Below, piece by piece: positions 35,113-47,705 of a stretch of 64,000 nt of DNA. This stretch comes from an uncultured Acidobacteriota bacterium. Its GTDB lineage: Bacteria > Acidobacteriota > Thermoanaerobaculia > Multivoradales > SZUA-115. Below the pieces are notes generated by a model, which was given only the letters and a program-made list of their open reading frames with translations, had not been told where the DNA came from and made no database searches. The DNA is taken from NCBI GenBank assembly GCA_963805975.1, contig CAWDVR010000004.1, forward strand, positions 256,001-320,000. Direction: 5' to 3'. The position numbers were made by a program, and so were the translations under genes. Each line of letters begins with the position of its first letter. Position 1 is the stretch's first letter.

Positions 35113-36237
35113 TCAACCGCTGGGGCCTAGGAGACGCCGGAAGAGCCGGGCGTAGGCGTCCGCTACCTCGTCCCAGGAGTAGAGGCGGGCCGCCCGGGCG
35201 GCGGCCGCACGCCCCCGCTCCGCGGCCTCCCCGGGGTGCGAGCGCACCCACTCGCAGGCCGCGGTCAGGGTCGAGGGGCGCGCGGCCTCGAAGTAGAGGC
35301 CCACCTCGCCGGCGACCTCCACGTTCTCCGGGGTCCGGTTGACCAGCGTGCAGCAGCCGTAGCCCATGGCCTCGACCAGCGCCGGGTGGGTGCCGCCCAC
35401 CTCGGTGGCATGGATATAAGCCAGGGCACCGGAGAGGAGCTCGCGGTAGCCGTCACCGTAGATCGGGCCGGGGAAGAGCACGCGCGAATCTGCCTTGGCC
35501 TGGAAGTCGCGGATGAAGCTCCTGGCGTAGGGCGCGCCGCCGACCATCACCAGCGGCAGCTCGCCGCCCACCTCCCGGTAGGCCTCGACCACCCGGTGCG
35601 GGTTGTTCTCGGGCTCGAAGCGGCTGACGTACAGGAAGTAGCCGCGGGACGAGAGGCCGAGGCGGGCCAGCACCTCGGTGTGGGCGGGAGGGGTGGGCTC
35701 GACCCCGTAGGCGATGGCGGTCGACTCGGCGCCGTAGCGTTCGAGGTAGTGGCGGCGGATCACCTCGGCGTCGGTCACCAGTACCTCCGGCAGCACGCAG
35801 GCCAGCCGCTCGGAGAGGGCGTAGACGCTCCTGCCGAAGGCGCCCCACTTGGCCCGGCGGTGTTCGATGCCGTCCACGTGGAGGGCGGTCGGCACCCCGG
35901 CGAGGCCCAGGAGAGGCAGGAAGAGGGCGTTGGCGGAGTTGACGACCAGGGCGGCGTCGAAGTCGCGGCGCAGGGCGTCGAGGCAGGAGAGGAAGGTGTG
36001 GACCGGCGTGTCCAGGTACTTGGTGGGGAGGGTCGGCAGCACCACCAGCTCGAGGCCGCGGTAGCTTGCGAGCGTGCGCGGCGTCGAGGGCGCGCGGCAG
36101 TAGACGGTGACCCGGAAGCCGCGCTCCACGAGGCGTACGCCCAGCTCCTCCATCAGCGTCTCGTAGCCGCCATAGCGGCCGGGCACGCCACGGCTGCCGA
36201 GCAGGGCGACGTGGGGAGACTGGGCTTGATCTCTCAT
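35113..36237 (-). CDS. Glycosyltransferase family 4 (DUF1972-type)
   Basis: GSRGVPGRYGGYET, DGIEHRRAKW, RFEPENN, GGTHPALVEAMG. Confidence 0.9.
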   Translation of the reverse strand: MRDQAQSPHVALLGSRGVPGRYGGYETLMEELGVRLVERGFRVTVYCRAPSTPRTLASYRGLELVVLPTLPTKYLDTPVHTFLSCLDALRRDFDAALVVNSANALFLPLLGLAGVPTALHVDGIEHRRAKWGAFGRSVYALSERLACVLPEVLVTDAEVIRRHYLERYGAESTAIAYGVEPTPPAHTEVLARLGLSSRGYFLYVSRFEPENNPHRVVEAYREVGGELPLVMVGGAPYARSFIRDFQAKADSRVLFPGPIYGDGYRELLSGALAYIHATEVGGTHPALVEAMGYGCCTLVNRTPENVEVAGEVGLYFEAARPSTLTAACEWVRSHPGEAAERGRAAAARAARLYSWDEVADAYARLFRRLLGPSG

Positions 36238-36250
36238 CGAGTCCGCTCCC

Positions 36251-36329
36251 GGCCGGCGACTGTCGCGGGGGGATCGGCGAGCGCATCGTGGAGAGAAGCG
36301 AGTCGATCCCCCCGCGACAGTCGCCGGCC
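36251..36329. repeat. Long intergenic inverted repeat (28-bp arms, 23-nt loop)
   Basis: ggccggcgactgtcgcggggggatcggc (36251-36278) pairs with gtcgatccccccgcgacagtcgccggcc (36302-36329), one G-T wobble. Confidence 0.9.
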
Positions 36330-36345
36330 TCCCCTGGACCCATTG

Positions 36346-37350
36346 CTAGTCATCGAGCGGCAGGCCCTCGTGCCAGAACCAGCGGTCCACCTCCCGTGCC
36401 GGCCGCGTGCGCCGGGCCTGGATGAGCCGCCGCCGGGCGAGGATCTCGCGCCGGTGGCGCCACAACCAGGTGTAGGCGGCGAGCGAAGAGCGCTCGCGGA
36501 CGAGCACGTAGACCAGGGCACCCAGGTCGCGGAGCAGGGTCGGCGCCGCGGTGAGCAGCAGGTTTCTCGCCGTCTGATGGTAAACCCGGAGCAGATAGCG
36601 GTTCTTGAGCGAGTGGAAATTGATCGCTGCCGGCAGCGCCGAGCGCCGCTCGGGAAGCGTGAGGCGCCGGTGGTGGGCGGTGGCCGCCGGCTCGTAGAGC
36701 ACCTCCCAGCCGCGCTCGGCGAAGCGGAAGGCGAGCTCCGCGTCCTCGCGGAAGGAGTGGAAACGCTCGTCGAACGTTTGGCCGTCCACCGCCACGTCTG
36801 CGAGCGCCGCGCGGCGGAAGAGCGAGGCCGCGCCCGTGGCCCCGAACACCCGCTCGGCCTGAGCGTGCTGCCCGCGGTCCACCTCGCCCGAGCCGCGGTC
36901 GAGATGCCGCCAGCTCGCCGTGAGGCGCATGCCGCAGGCATCGATCCGCGGCGGCGCTCCCGGCTCGGGGAGGCGCAGCAGGCGGCCGGTCGCCGCCGCC
37001 GCCCGCGGGTGCGCCTGCAGGCACGCCACAAGCCTGCTCACGTAGCCGGCTGACGGCCGGGCGTCCGGGTTGAGCGAGAGCACGAACGGCGCCTGGCTCG
37101 CGGCGAGCGCCACGTTCATGCCGCCGGCGAAGCCGCGGTTCTCGGGCAGCGCGAGCACCTCGACCGGCAGACCCGCGGCGGCGCCCAGCCGCCGCGCCAG
37201 CCCGGCGCTGCCGTCGCCGCTCGCCGAGTCCACGACCACCGCGGAGAGCGGGCGATGGGTGAGCGCCGCCAGCGCCTCGAACCAGCCCGGCAGCTCCGCC
37301 GCCGAATGGAAGGTCACCGTCGCCACCACCACCGCCGGCCGCTCGCTCAC
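36346..37350 (-). CDS. Glycosyltransferase family 2
   Basis: VVDSASGDGS, NRGFAGGMN, LNPDA, FREDAELAFR; GTG start overlaps the upstream stop. Confidence 0.88.
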   Translation of the reverse strand: MSERPAVVVATVTFHSAAELPGWFEALAALTHRPLSAVVVDSASGDGSAGLARRLGAAAGLPVEVLALPENRGFAGGMNVALAASQAPFVLSLNPDARPSAGYVSRLVACLQAHPRAAAATGRLLRLPEPGAPPRIDACGMRLTASWRHLDRGSGEVDRGQHAQAERVFGATGAASLFRRAALADVAVDGQTFDERFHSFREDAELAFRFAERGWEVLYEPAATAHHRRLTLPERRSALPAAINFHSLKNRYLLRVYHQTARNLLLTAAPTLLRDLGALVYVLVRERSSLAAYTWLWRHRREILARRRLIQARRTRPAREVDRWFWHEGLPLDD

Positions 37351-38291
37351 CGTGTGTCCCCTGCCGGAGCGACGAAGCGCGCCGCGTAAGCCCGTGGCAG
37401 CCTCCAGCCCGAGAGCACCCCGGCGGCGACGGCGAGGAGGCCGGCCGCCGCCTCGCACCGCGACCCTGCCCGCCGCGGCCGGCGCAGAGGCAAGGCAAGC
37501 AGGCGGAGCAGCGCCCCGAGCGCCAGCGCTCCACGCATCGCGAGCGCCGCCGTCCGGCCATGGTGCCGGGCCGTGAAGCGCAGGAGATTGCGGTCGTAGA
37601 CCCAGAGGAAGAGGCCATATCCCAGCCGCGGCACGCTCGCCCCGAGCTGGTGGCGGAAGACGGCGGCCGGCCAGTAGCTGAGCGTGAGGCCGTGCTCGCG
37701 AAGACGGCTCGCGAGGTCCACGTCCTCGAACCAGGCGGGGTGGAAGCGCTCGTCCAGGCCCCCGACGGCCTCCCATGCCGAGCGGCGGAGGAGGAGCGCC
37801 GCCGCCGCCGGCTGCTCGATCGGGGCGCCCGCGGCCGGCTCCGCCTTCGGCCCGAGGCGCGGCGCGAGAAAGACCGCCTGTGCGAGGAGGTTCCCGAGCC
37901 GTGGCAGGCGGCGGAGCTGCCAGGCGAACTGCGGCCGGCCGTCGTGGCCCACGAGCCGCGGTGCCAGGCCCGCCACCTCCGGGTGCGCCGCGAGGCCGGC
38001 CAGCAAGTGCTCCAGCGCGCCCGGCTCCGGCCGTGCGTCCGGGTTGAGCAGCAGCACCGCGGGCGCCGTCGCCATCTGGAACCCGAGGTTGGCGCCGCCG
38101 GCGAAGCCCAGGTTCACGGCCGGGGAGAGGAGCGCGTACGGGCCCGCCGGCAGCGGGCGGGCGCTGCCGTTGTCCACCACGATCAGCTCGAAGCGGGGAT
38201 CTCGGGGCCAGGCGGCGACGAGCTCGGCCAGCGCCTCCTCGTTCTGCCAGTGGACGACGATGCCCGAGAGCAGGGCGCCCGGCGCGCTCAT
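37347..38291 (-). CDS. Glycosyltransferase family 2
   Basis: VVDNGS, NLGFAGGAN, LLNPDA, WFEDVDL. Confidence 0.88.
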   Translation of the reverse strand: MSAPGALLSGIVVHWQNEEALAELVAAWPRDPRFELIVVDNGSARPLPAGPYALLSPAVNLGFAGGANLGFQMATAPAVLLLNPDARPEPGALEHLLAGLAAHPEVAGLAPRLVGHDGRPQFAWQLRRLPRLGNLLAQAVFLAPRLGPKAEPAAGAPIEQPAAAALLLRRSAWEAVGGLDERFHPAWFEDVDLASRLREHGLTLSYWPAAVFRHQLGASVPRLGYGLFLWVYDRNLLRFTARHHGRTAALAMRGALALGALLRLLALPLRRPRRAGSRCEAAAGLLAVAAGVLSGWRLPRAYAARFVAPAGDTR

Positions 38292-39247
38292 CGCCGGCCT
38301 CGCGGTGCCTCTAGGCTGCGGAAGCGGCGCAGCTCGGCGAGCGGCACCGCCGGCTTGCCGAGGCCGGCGAAGCGCGGCAGGCGGACGAGCGCACGGGCCA
38401 GGCCGGCGGCGATGCCCGCCGCTTCCCCGGGCCGCCCGCGGAGGAGGGCCGAGGCCAGGCCGCGGAGGTCCGAGAGCAGCACGAGCGGCAGGCGCGGCCA
38501 GAAGCCGCGGCCGAGGAGGCGCGCCAGCACCAGCCAGCGGTTGCCGTAGATCAAGGCGGTGAGCCGCCGGCCCAGGGTGTGGCCGGTCACCGAGCCGGCG
38601 TGCCGCGCCCGCGCCGCGGGCACCGAGAGCGCCCGGTAGCCGGCGGCGCGGAGCCGCACGGCGAGATCCACGTCCTCGTAGTAGGACTCGAGGCCTGGGT
38701 CGAAGATCGCGGCGCCCGGCAGTGCGACGGCCTCGAGCGCGGCGCGGCGGAACACGGCCGCCGTGGCCGAGACCCCGAACACTTCCCGCGGCGGTGCCGA
38801 GGCCGCCGGCGGCGGCTCGTCCCGGCCGAGCTGCACGGCCTGCCAGCTTCGGTTCCAGCCGATTCCCCAGCCGTCGGCGAGGTGGGGCTCGCGGAGCTTG
38901 ACGTTGACGCCCTGCACCGCGGCGATCGTGGCGTCCGCGCGCAGGACGTCGACCAGGGCCGTGCACCAGCCCGGTTCGATCACCGCGTCGTCGTTGACCA
39001 GGGCCACGAAGTCTCCTCGCAGGCGCGCGATCCCCAGATTGGCGGCGGCGGCGAAGCCCAGGCTCTCCGGCAGGCGCAGCACCTCGTCACACAACCGGGC
39101 CGTGGCCTCGGGAAGAGCGGCGCCGCCCTGCTGCACGAGGATGAGCCCCAGCTCGCGGCCGCCGTCTTCCCGCAGCGCCGCGAGGCATTCCCCGAGCCAG
39201 GGGCTGGCGCCCGCGGTGGGAACGACCGCCGTCAGCAGCCTGCTCAT
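38288..39247 (-). CDS. Glycosyltransferase family 2
   Basis: LGFAAAANLG, LVNDDA, YYEDVDLAVR. Confidence 0.88.
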   Translation of the reverse strand: MSRLLTAVVPTAGASPWLGECLAALREDGGRELGLILVQQGGAALPEATARLCDEVLRLPESLGFAAAANLGIARLRGDFVALVNDDAVIEPGWCTALVDVLRADATIAAVQGVNVKLREPHLADGWGIGWNRSWQAVQLGRDEPPPAASAPPREVFGVSATAAVFRRAALEAVALPGAAIFDPGLESYYEDVDLAVRLRAAGYRALSVPAARARHAGSVTGHTLGRRLTALIYGNRWLVLARLLGRGFWPRLPLVLLSDLRGLASALLRGRPGEAAGIAAGLARALVRLPRFAGLGKPAVPLAELRRFRSLEAPRGRR

Positions 39248-41472
39248 CTCCAGACGATCTCTACGCGGTCGAGCACCGCCCCGTTGGCCTGCGCGGGCGC
39301 CGTCCCGTCCGGGAGGGCCTCGATGGTGAGCGCCGCTCCCGCGGGCCAGTCCACCTCGCCGAGCTCGTGGTGCATCCACTGCCGGGGCCGCGCGAGGCGA
39401 AGCGTCGCGAGCTCCTGCCCGCCGGCGCGCACCCGTACCAGCAGGGGCCCGGGATGATGGCGGACGAAGAAGGCATCGAGCGCCAGGCGGGCCCGTTTCC
39501 CTCCCGCCACCACCGGCGCCGACAGGCTCTCACCTTCGCGCAGCACCCAGCCGCCGCGGTAGCGGGTGCGCTCGATGATCCAGCGGTCGGGGTGGAGGTG
39601 GCCGCCGGTCTTCGCGACCTGCGGGTCTTCGATCTCGATCCACCTCGTGGGGAGCGCCCGTGCCGCGAGGGGCAGCGCGGCCACGGCGAGGAGCACGGCG
39701 GCGAGGCCCCAGGCCGCCGCTTTGCGCGGCCTCCGGCGTGGGAACCACCAGAGGAACGGCACCAGCACCACTGCCACGGCCGGCCAGGCCCAGGTCGCGG
39801 TGCGGGACCGCACCGAGCTGGGGAAGAGCCGCGCGACGTCGGCGCCCCAGCGCTGGCTCAGGTGATCGAGCAGGTAGGTGCGCCCGTCGGCGAAGTTGTA
39901 GGTCCAGCCGGGCTCGGCCACCCAGAGCAGGGACAGCACCAGGGTTGCGGCACCCAGCGCGGCAAGGAGCGCCCTGGCCCCGGCCGCGCGGCGGCGAGCG
40001 AGGAGCGGCACCAGCGCCAAGCCGAGGAGCGGCAGCCCCACCAGCGCGTAGCGAAAGGGCGGCGACCAGCCGCCGTACCACTCGGAGCGCGGCGCCACGA
40101 TGGCGAGGTAGGGCAGCACGAAGAGCAGGAGGTCGAGCGGCAGCGGGTGCCGCCGCCAGACGAGGAGACCCGCGGCCGGCAGCAGGAGGAGCCAGAGCGG
40201 CGCCGCGGCGAAGAGGCCGAAGGCGGCATCGAAGAAGATGCCCGAGGCGCCGAGCAGGTACTCGGCCACGGAGTAGCGGCCGAGCTCCACCTCCTGCCAG
40301 GTGTGGATCTTGAGCGGGTTGTCGTAGAGCAACTGGTTGTGGAGCAGGATGCCACCGCCCACCGCGGCGAGAACCAGGCCGATCGCCAGCACGGGTTTCC
40401 ATCGCCGCCCCGCGTGCCACCAGCCGAGCACCAGGAGCGGCGCCGCGAGCAGCATGAAGCGGATCTTGAGGAGCGGCAGCAGCACCACGCAGGCGCCCAG
40501 CGTGAGCCAGCGCGCCCGCTCGCTCCGGGCGCCCGCCGGCATCCGGGCGCGGCGGCCTTCCAGCACCGCGTCGAGGGCGATCATCGACAGCAGCGCCGCC
40601 GGCACCTCGACCCAGATCTGGTAGGAGTAGAGGAGGAGCGGCGGCGCGAAGGCCACCAGCGCGTAGGCGAGCATCACCTCGCCGGGCCGTTCGGGCGCGT
40701 AATGCCGGCCGAGGCGGAGCGTCATCCAGGCGAGCGCCGCCGTGAGCAGCGCCATGGTGAGGAGCGCGCCGGCGAGACCGCCCACCCGGTAGGCCGGCGC
40801 CAAGACCAGCGGCAGGAGCGCGTTGTGGCGCGAGTAGAGCTCGCCGCCGGGCCCCGTGGGATCGCCCGGCTGGGGTGTCAGCGGCCGGGCGAGGAACGCG
40901 CGCCAGTCCTCCCCGGCATAGTTGTTGGTGAGGTCGGCGTCGAGGTCGTGGGCCAGGCTGTGGGTGATGAGCAGGTACCAGGGCTCGTCGCCGTCCGGCG
41001 GGCGTTCGCGCGAGGACCACGGCGCTAGGGCCAGGTACACGACGAAGGGCAGCGCCAGGAAGAGCCAGGACGGCCGTGCCGGCAGGCGCCGGCCGAGAAG
41101 CGGCCGGAGCGCGGGCAGGAGCGCCACCACCCAACCGGCGAGCAGCGCACCGAAAGCGGCCATCAGCACCGGGTCGAGGCCGGCGAGCGCGAGCTGCGGC
41201 CGTGCCGCCACGGCCAGGGCCCAGAGCCCGATGCCCAGGGCGGAAAACGTCCGGAGCGGTGCCGTCCGCCGGCCGCCGCGCTTCTCTCCGACAAGGACGC
41301 GGGCAGCGCGCTCGATCTCGAAGAGGGCCACCACCACCAGCGGCAGCACCGCCAGGGTGCCGGCGAGAGGGTCGCTCCGCTCGAGCGGCCCGAGCCGCCA
41401 CAGCCCCCAGCCTGCGAGGGCAGCGCCGCCGAGCCGCAAGGCCGGCGCGACCCTACGAAGAAGCTCGCTCAA
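39244..41472 (-). CDS. Multi-pass membrane protein, GT-C/PMT-like glycosyltransferase candidate
   Basis: GDEPWYL..T.SL..D.D.DL.NNY loop after TMs, WYGGWSPPFRY; TTG start overlaps the upstream stop. Confidence 0.65.
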   Translation of the reverse strand: MSELLRRVAPALRLGGAALAGWGLWRLGPLERSDPLAGTLAVLPLVVVALFEIERAARVLVGEKRGGRRTAPLRTFSALGIGLWALAVAARPQLALAGLDPVLMAAFGALLAGWVVALLPALRPLLGRRLPARPSWLFLALPFVVYLALAPWSSRERPPDGDEPWYLLITHSLAHDLDADLTNNYAGEDWRAFLARPLTPQPGDPTGPGGELYSRHNALLPLVLAPAYRVGGLAGALLTMALLTAALAWMTLRLGRHYAPERPGEVMLAYALVAFAPPLLLYSYQIWVEVPAALLSMIALDAVLEGRRARMPAGARSERARWLTLGACVVLLPLLKIRFMLLAAPLLVLGWWHAGRRWKPVLAIGLVLAAVGGGILLHNQLLYDNPLKIHTWQEVELGRYSVAEYLLGASGIFFDAAFGLFAAAPLWLLLLPAAGLLVWRRHPLPLDLLLFVLPYLAIVAPRSEWYGGWSPPFRYALVGLPLLGLALVPLLARRRAAGARALLAALGAATLVLSLLWVAEPGWTYNFADGRTYLLDHLSQRWGADVARLFPSSVRSRTATWAWPAVAVVLVPFLWWFPRRRPRKAAAWGLAAVLLAVAALPLAARALPTRWIEIEDPQVAKTGGHLHPDRWIIERTRYRGGWVLREGESLSAPVVAGGKRARLALDAFFVRHHPGPLLVRVRAGGQELATLRLARPRQWMHHELGEVDWPAGAALTIEALPDGTAPAQANGAVLDRVEIVWR

Positions 41473-42731
41473 GGCCGGAGCTCCGCGCGCTGGAAGACGA
41501 TCGTCGTCGCTGGCGGCAGGTCGGGGTCGCGCACCACCTCGAGCTGAACCGCCTTCACCGGGCGGTCCAGCCGCCAGCGCGCGCGGTAGGTCTGGGCGAA
41601 GAAGCGGCCGGAAGGGTCGAGCTGCGAGCGCCAGGGGTTCGGGGCGGCAAAGCCGGCCGTGGCCGCCACGTCCGGGCGCAGGGCGGCCCACTCGCCGGAG
41701 TGGCGGCCCGCCTCGAGCGCGAAGCCGTGCCGGCCTCCGGCGTCGTCCACGATCTCGAAGCGGGCGAGCTGCGTGCCGGCAGAGAGCGCCACGGCGTGCG
41801 CGAGCTGGGTGTCGAGCACCAGCTCCGAGACGGGCGTCGGCGCGAGCAGCACGCGCCGGTCGGGGTGCGTGGCGTCGAGCGTCACGGGCTCGCGCTCGAC
41901 CAGCAGCACGCCCGACCGCGAGAGGACGGCCAGGCCGAACGCGTCGGCGAGCGGCTCGCGCCGTAGCCACGGTGGCGAAGCGAGGAGCGCCGTGGCGGTG
42001 AAGAGGGCACCCAGGAAGGTCCCGACGACTGTGCCCAGGCGACGCCAGCCCAGGCTCGCGCTACGGCCGAAAGTCCACGGGCGAACGCGCACGGCGATCT
42101 CGTTCAAGACCGCGAGCCCCAAGAGGAGCAGCGCCGCAGTGCGGTTGAACCCCGGCGCGAAGAGGGCGACGACGGCCGCTACCACGACCGCCGTACGGGC
42201 ACCCCAGCGTGCGGCGAGGAGCGCCGCCGCGAGCCCGGCGAGGAGGGCGCCGATCCAGAACGCCGCCAGGGCACGCGGGTCGCCCGCCGCCTCGACCAGC
42301 AGCCGGCCGCGGAGCAGCACCTGGGCACCCAGCGCGAGCGGCACGAAGATCGTCGCCTGGTCGAGCGCGCGGTGGTGCCAGGCGGCAGCGGCGCGCGCCT
42401 GCGCCGTGGCCCTCCACGACGCCGCGGCGAAAGCCGCCACCAGGACTACCATCACCACCGCGGCGCGCGTCGGTCCTCCGGGAAGAGCCCAGAGGGCGAG
42501 CACGGCGAGCGGCGCACCGGCGCCGATCTCGAGCGCCGGCCGCGGGGCTGCCCAGGCCACCACTGCGAGCACCAGGGCGGCGAGCAGGCCCAGGTAGAGC
42601 GTCTCGGCACGGAAGGTGGGGTCCACCTCGGCGGCGGCGAACTGCCGGGCCGAGAGCCAGACCGCGAGCGCCACGACAAGGCCGGGCAGGCGGCCCTGGA
42701 GGTCTCGGCCGAAAGCGGTGGGGAGGCGCAT
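41469..42731 (-). CDS. Hypothetical multi-pass membrane protein with C-terminal soluble beta domain
   Basis: About 8 hydrophobic segments; first gene of the glycan operon. Confidence 0.6.
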   Translation of the reverse strand: MRLPTAFGRDLQGRLPGLVVALAVWLSARQFAAAEVDPTFRAETLYLGLLAALVLAVVAWAAPRPALEIGAGAPLAVLALWALPGGPTRAAVVMVVLVAAFAAASWRATAQARAAAAWHHRALDQATIFVPLALGAQVLLRGRLLVEAAGDPRALAAFWIGALLAGLAAALLAARWGARTAVVVAAVVALFAPGFNRTAALLLLGLAVLNEIAVRVRPWTFGRSASLGWRRLGTVVGTFLGALFTATALLASPPWLRREPLADAFGLAVLSRSGVLLVEREPVTLDATHPDRRVLLAPTPVSELVLDTQLAHAVALSAGTQLARFEIVDDAGGRHGFALEAGRHSGEWAALRPDVAATAGFAAPNPWRSQLDPSGRFFAQTYRARWRLDRPVKAVQLEVVRDPDLPPATTIVFQRAELRP

Positions 42732-42769
42732 CCGGCCGGGATGATACCCCGCGGGTTTGAGCTACCGGC

Positions 42770-42971
42770 GCCTTGGGACCCGATCCCTCGAACCGGTGCT
42801 CGACGCCCCCTTTGGGTAACGCTGCGCACCGGTTCGAGGGACCGGGTCCCAAGGCTGAGCCCAACCGTCGAGCCCTGGCTTCGGGTGCCTCTGACCTGGC
42901 GCGCAGCGTTACCCAAAGGGGGCGTCGAGCGCCAGGTCAGAGGCACCCAAAGCTAGGGCCACACCAACCGT
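42770..42971. repeat. Twin long-hairpin element with identical loops in inverted orientation
   Basis: Hairpin 1 arms 42770-42799/42826-42855; hairpin 2 arms 42872-42902/42929-42959; 26-nt loops are exact reverse complements; CCAACCGT follows each hairpin. Confidence 0.92.
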
Positions 42972-42993
42972 TTGCTATGGTTCCTCGATCGCC

Positions 42994-45192
42994 ATGAATC
43001 CCCTCCTGCCGGCGCTGCTCCTGGCGAGCCTCGCTGGGCTTCTTTTCCGGCGGTGCGAGGCGGCGCGGGCGTGGACCGTGGTGGGCCTCGCCGGCATCGC
43101 GCTCCTGGCCCCGGCCCTCGCCCTACCCGACGGCATCCCCAGCCCGTCGGCTCTCCTCGCCGAGCTGCCACCCTGGCAAGGCCAGGCCCTGGGAGCCGAG
43201 CGCAACTCCGAGCTCGTCGATCTCACCTCCATGATCGAGCCCTGGATGCTCTATCTGCGGAGCGAGCTGCGGGCCGGCCGCTTGCCGTTCTGGAACCCGT
43301 ACCAGTTCGCCGGGGCGCCGTTCTGGGCCAACGGCTCGAGCGCGCCGCTCTTCCCGCTCCTCTGGCTCTTCGCCGCGCTGCCGGTCGCGGTGGGCTTCGT
43401 GCTGCTGCCGTGGCTGCGCATCGTGATCGGCGGCCTCGGTGCCTACAAGCTGGCGCGCGAGCTGGGCATCAGCGAGAAGTCCGCGCTCGCCGCGGCGGTG
43501 ATCTTTCCGCTCTCCGGCCGCATCGCGAGCTTCCTGCTCTTCCCCATGGGCAACGCCCTCTGCCTCGTGCCCTGGGTCTTCCTGGCGGTCGAGCGCTTGG
43601 CCCAGGGCAAGGCCGGCATTCGCCTCCTTGCCGTGGCCGGCGGCCTGCAGCTCGTGGCCGGGCACCCGGAGACGCCGTTCTTCACCGGCCTCACCTCAGG
43701 CCTCTACCTGCTGCTCCGCGGCAGCGGGAGGCCGTGGCATTCGTGGGGACGTGTCGCCGCCGGCTGGGCCACGGCCCTGGGGCTGGCCGCCGCGGCGCTC
43801 GTGCCGCTGGCGGTGACCATCCTCGGCAGCGCGCGCTGGCAGCACTGGCAGCCGGGCGCAGCGATGCCGCTCGCCACCGTGGCCCGGCTGGGGCTGCGCT
43901 TCCTGCTGCCCGATGCCTTCGGCCATCCGGCAACGGGCGGCTACTGGGGGCCGTTCGCGTTCGTGCCCACGGCGGTCTACGCGGGAGCGCTCTCGTTGCC
44001 CCTGGCCGCCGCGGGGCTGGCGGCGGTGCGTGGAGACCGGCGCTGGCGCGCGTTCGCCGTGATGACCGGCGTGTGCCTCGCGGCCTCGTACCACCTGCCG
44101 GGAGCGCGGCAGGTGCTGGAGGCGCTGCCCGTCTTCCAGAAGAGCGTGCACCACTATCTGCTCCTGGCGGTGATGCTCGCCCTGGCACTATTCGTCGCCC
44201 GAGGGCTGGACCGCTGGCACGAGGGCCACGGCCGAGGGCTGATGCTGGGGCTCGGGGCGGTGGCGCTCGCTCTGGGCCTCGGCTGGCTGGGCCTGGCAGG
44301 CGAGTGGAGCGCACGCGGCGTGCTGGCGGAGCAGGCCGCCTGGACGGTGGTGATCCTCGGCCTCGGCGCCGCCCTGGCGCTCGCGGCCCGGCTCTCGCCG
44401 GCGCGCCGCGCCGCCCTGGTGCCGCTGGTGGTGGCGGTCCTGGCTGCCGACCTCGCGTTCACCCAGGGTCGCACGTTCCCGGCCCTCTCGGCCGCGCAAC
44501 ACTTTCCAAAGACACCGGCGCTCGACTTCCTGGCCGGCAAGCCCGGCCGGGTGGCGGCGCCGGGGAGCGCCCTGCGGCCCAACAGCGCGATGGTCTACGG
44601 GCTCTCCGACCTGCGGGGCGAAGACTCGCTGAAGGTCTTGGCGTACGAGGCGACCTACGGCAGGCAGGTCGGCTCCCCGAACCCGATCTATTTCCGGCCG
44701 ATCACCCGCTGGCAGAGCCCGTGGCTCGACTCTCTCGGAGTGCGTTGGGTGCTCGCCGAGCCCTTCCTGCCGCCGATCGACCCCGCGTGGCGGCTCGCTT
44801 ACCAGGGCCCGGATGCCAGCGTCTTCGAGCGGCGAAGCGCCCTCGAGCTCGCGCGTCTCGAGCCGCCGGGCAGCGGGAGGCTCGAGGTGGTCGAACAGCT
44901 TCCCGGCCACTGGCGGATCGCGTGGGAGACCACCGCGCCCACGAGGCTGGTCGTGGCGGAGACGCACGCTCCCGGCTGGCGCGCTCGGCTCGACGACCAA
45001 AGCGTCCCGATCGAGACCGTGGACGGCCTGCTGATGGGCGTGGCGTTGCCGGCCGGCCGCGGCACCGTGGAGCTCACCTACCTCCCGCCGGGCCTCCTCG
45101 CCGGGACGATCCTCAGTCTGCTGAGCCTGGTGCTGCTGGCACTGAGCGGGCGATCTGGAACGCTGCGAGCGTCGAAAATGCCCCGTCGCCTG

Positions 45193-45201
<9 letters not shown>
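42994..45201 (+). CDS. YfhO-family membrane protein (GT-C fold glycosyltransferase-like)
   Basis: GRLPFWNPYQFAGAPF, AGHPET, C-terminal PGWRA..D...G..TVELTY.P; paralog of 7169-9562. Confidence 0.8.
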
Positions 45202-47560
<2,359 letters not shown>

Positions 47561-47572
47561 GCTTCGGCCCGC

Positions 47573-47662
47573 GGAGGGGTGGCTGAGCGGTCGAAAGCAG
47601 CGGTCTTGAAAACCGCCGGCGGTTTACCCCGCCCGTGGGTTCGAATCCCACCCCCTCCGCCA
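47573..47662 (+). tRNA. tRNA-Ser (UGA)
   Basis: GGAGGGG/CCCCTCC acceptor, anticodon loop CT-TGA-AA, long variable arm, GGTTCGAATCC, encoded CCA. Confidence 0.95.
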
Positions 47663-47705
47663 AGTCCACCAGCGCTATCATTGAGTCCGGCAGGGGCCGA
47701 CATCG

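Noticed and set aside
42770-42971. Possible CRISPR array or integron attC sites
   Set aside because: There are only two units with the repeated core inverted, no spacer series, no cas or intI gene, and no clear RYYYAAC/GTTRRRY boxes at the hairpin ends.
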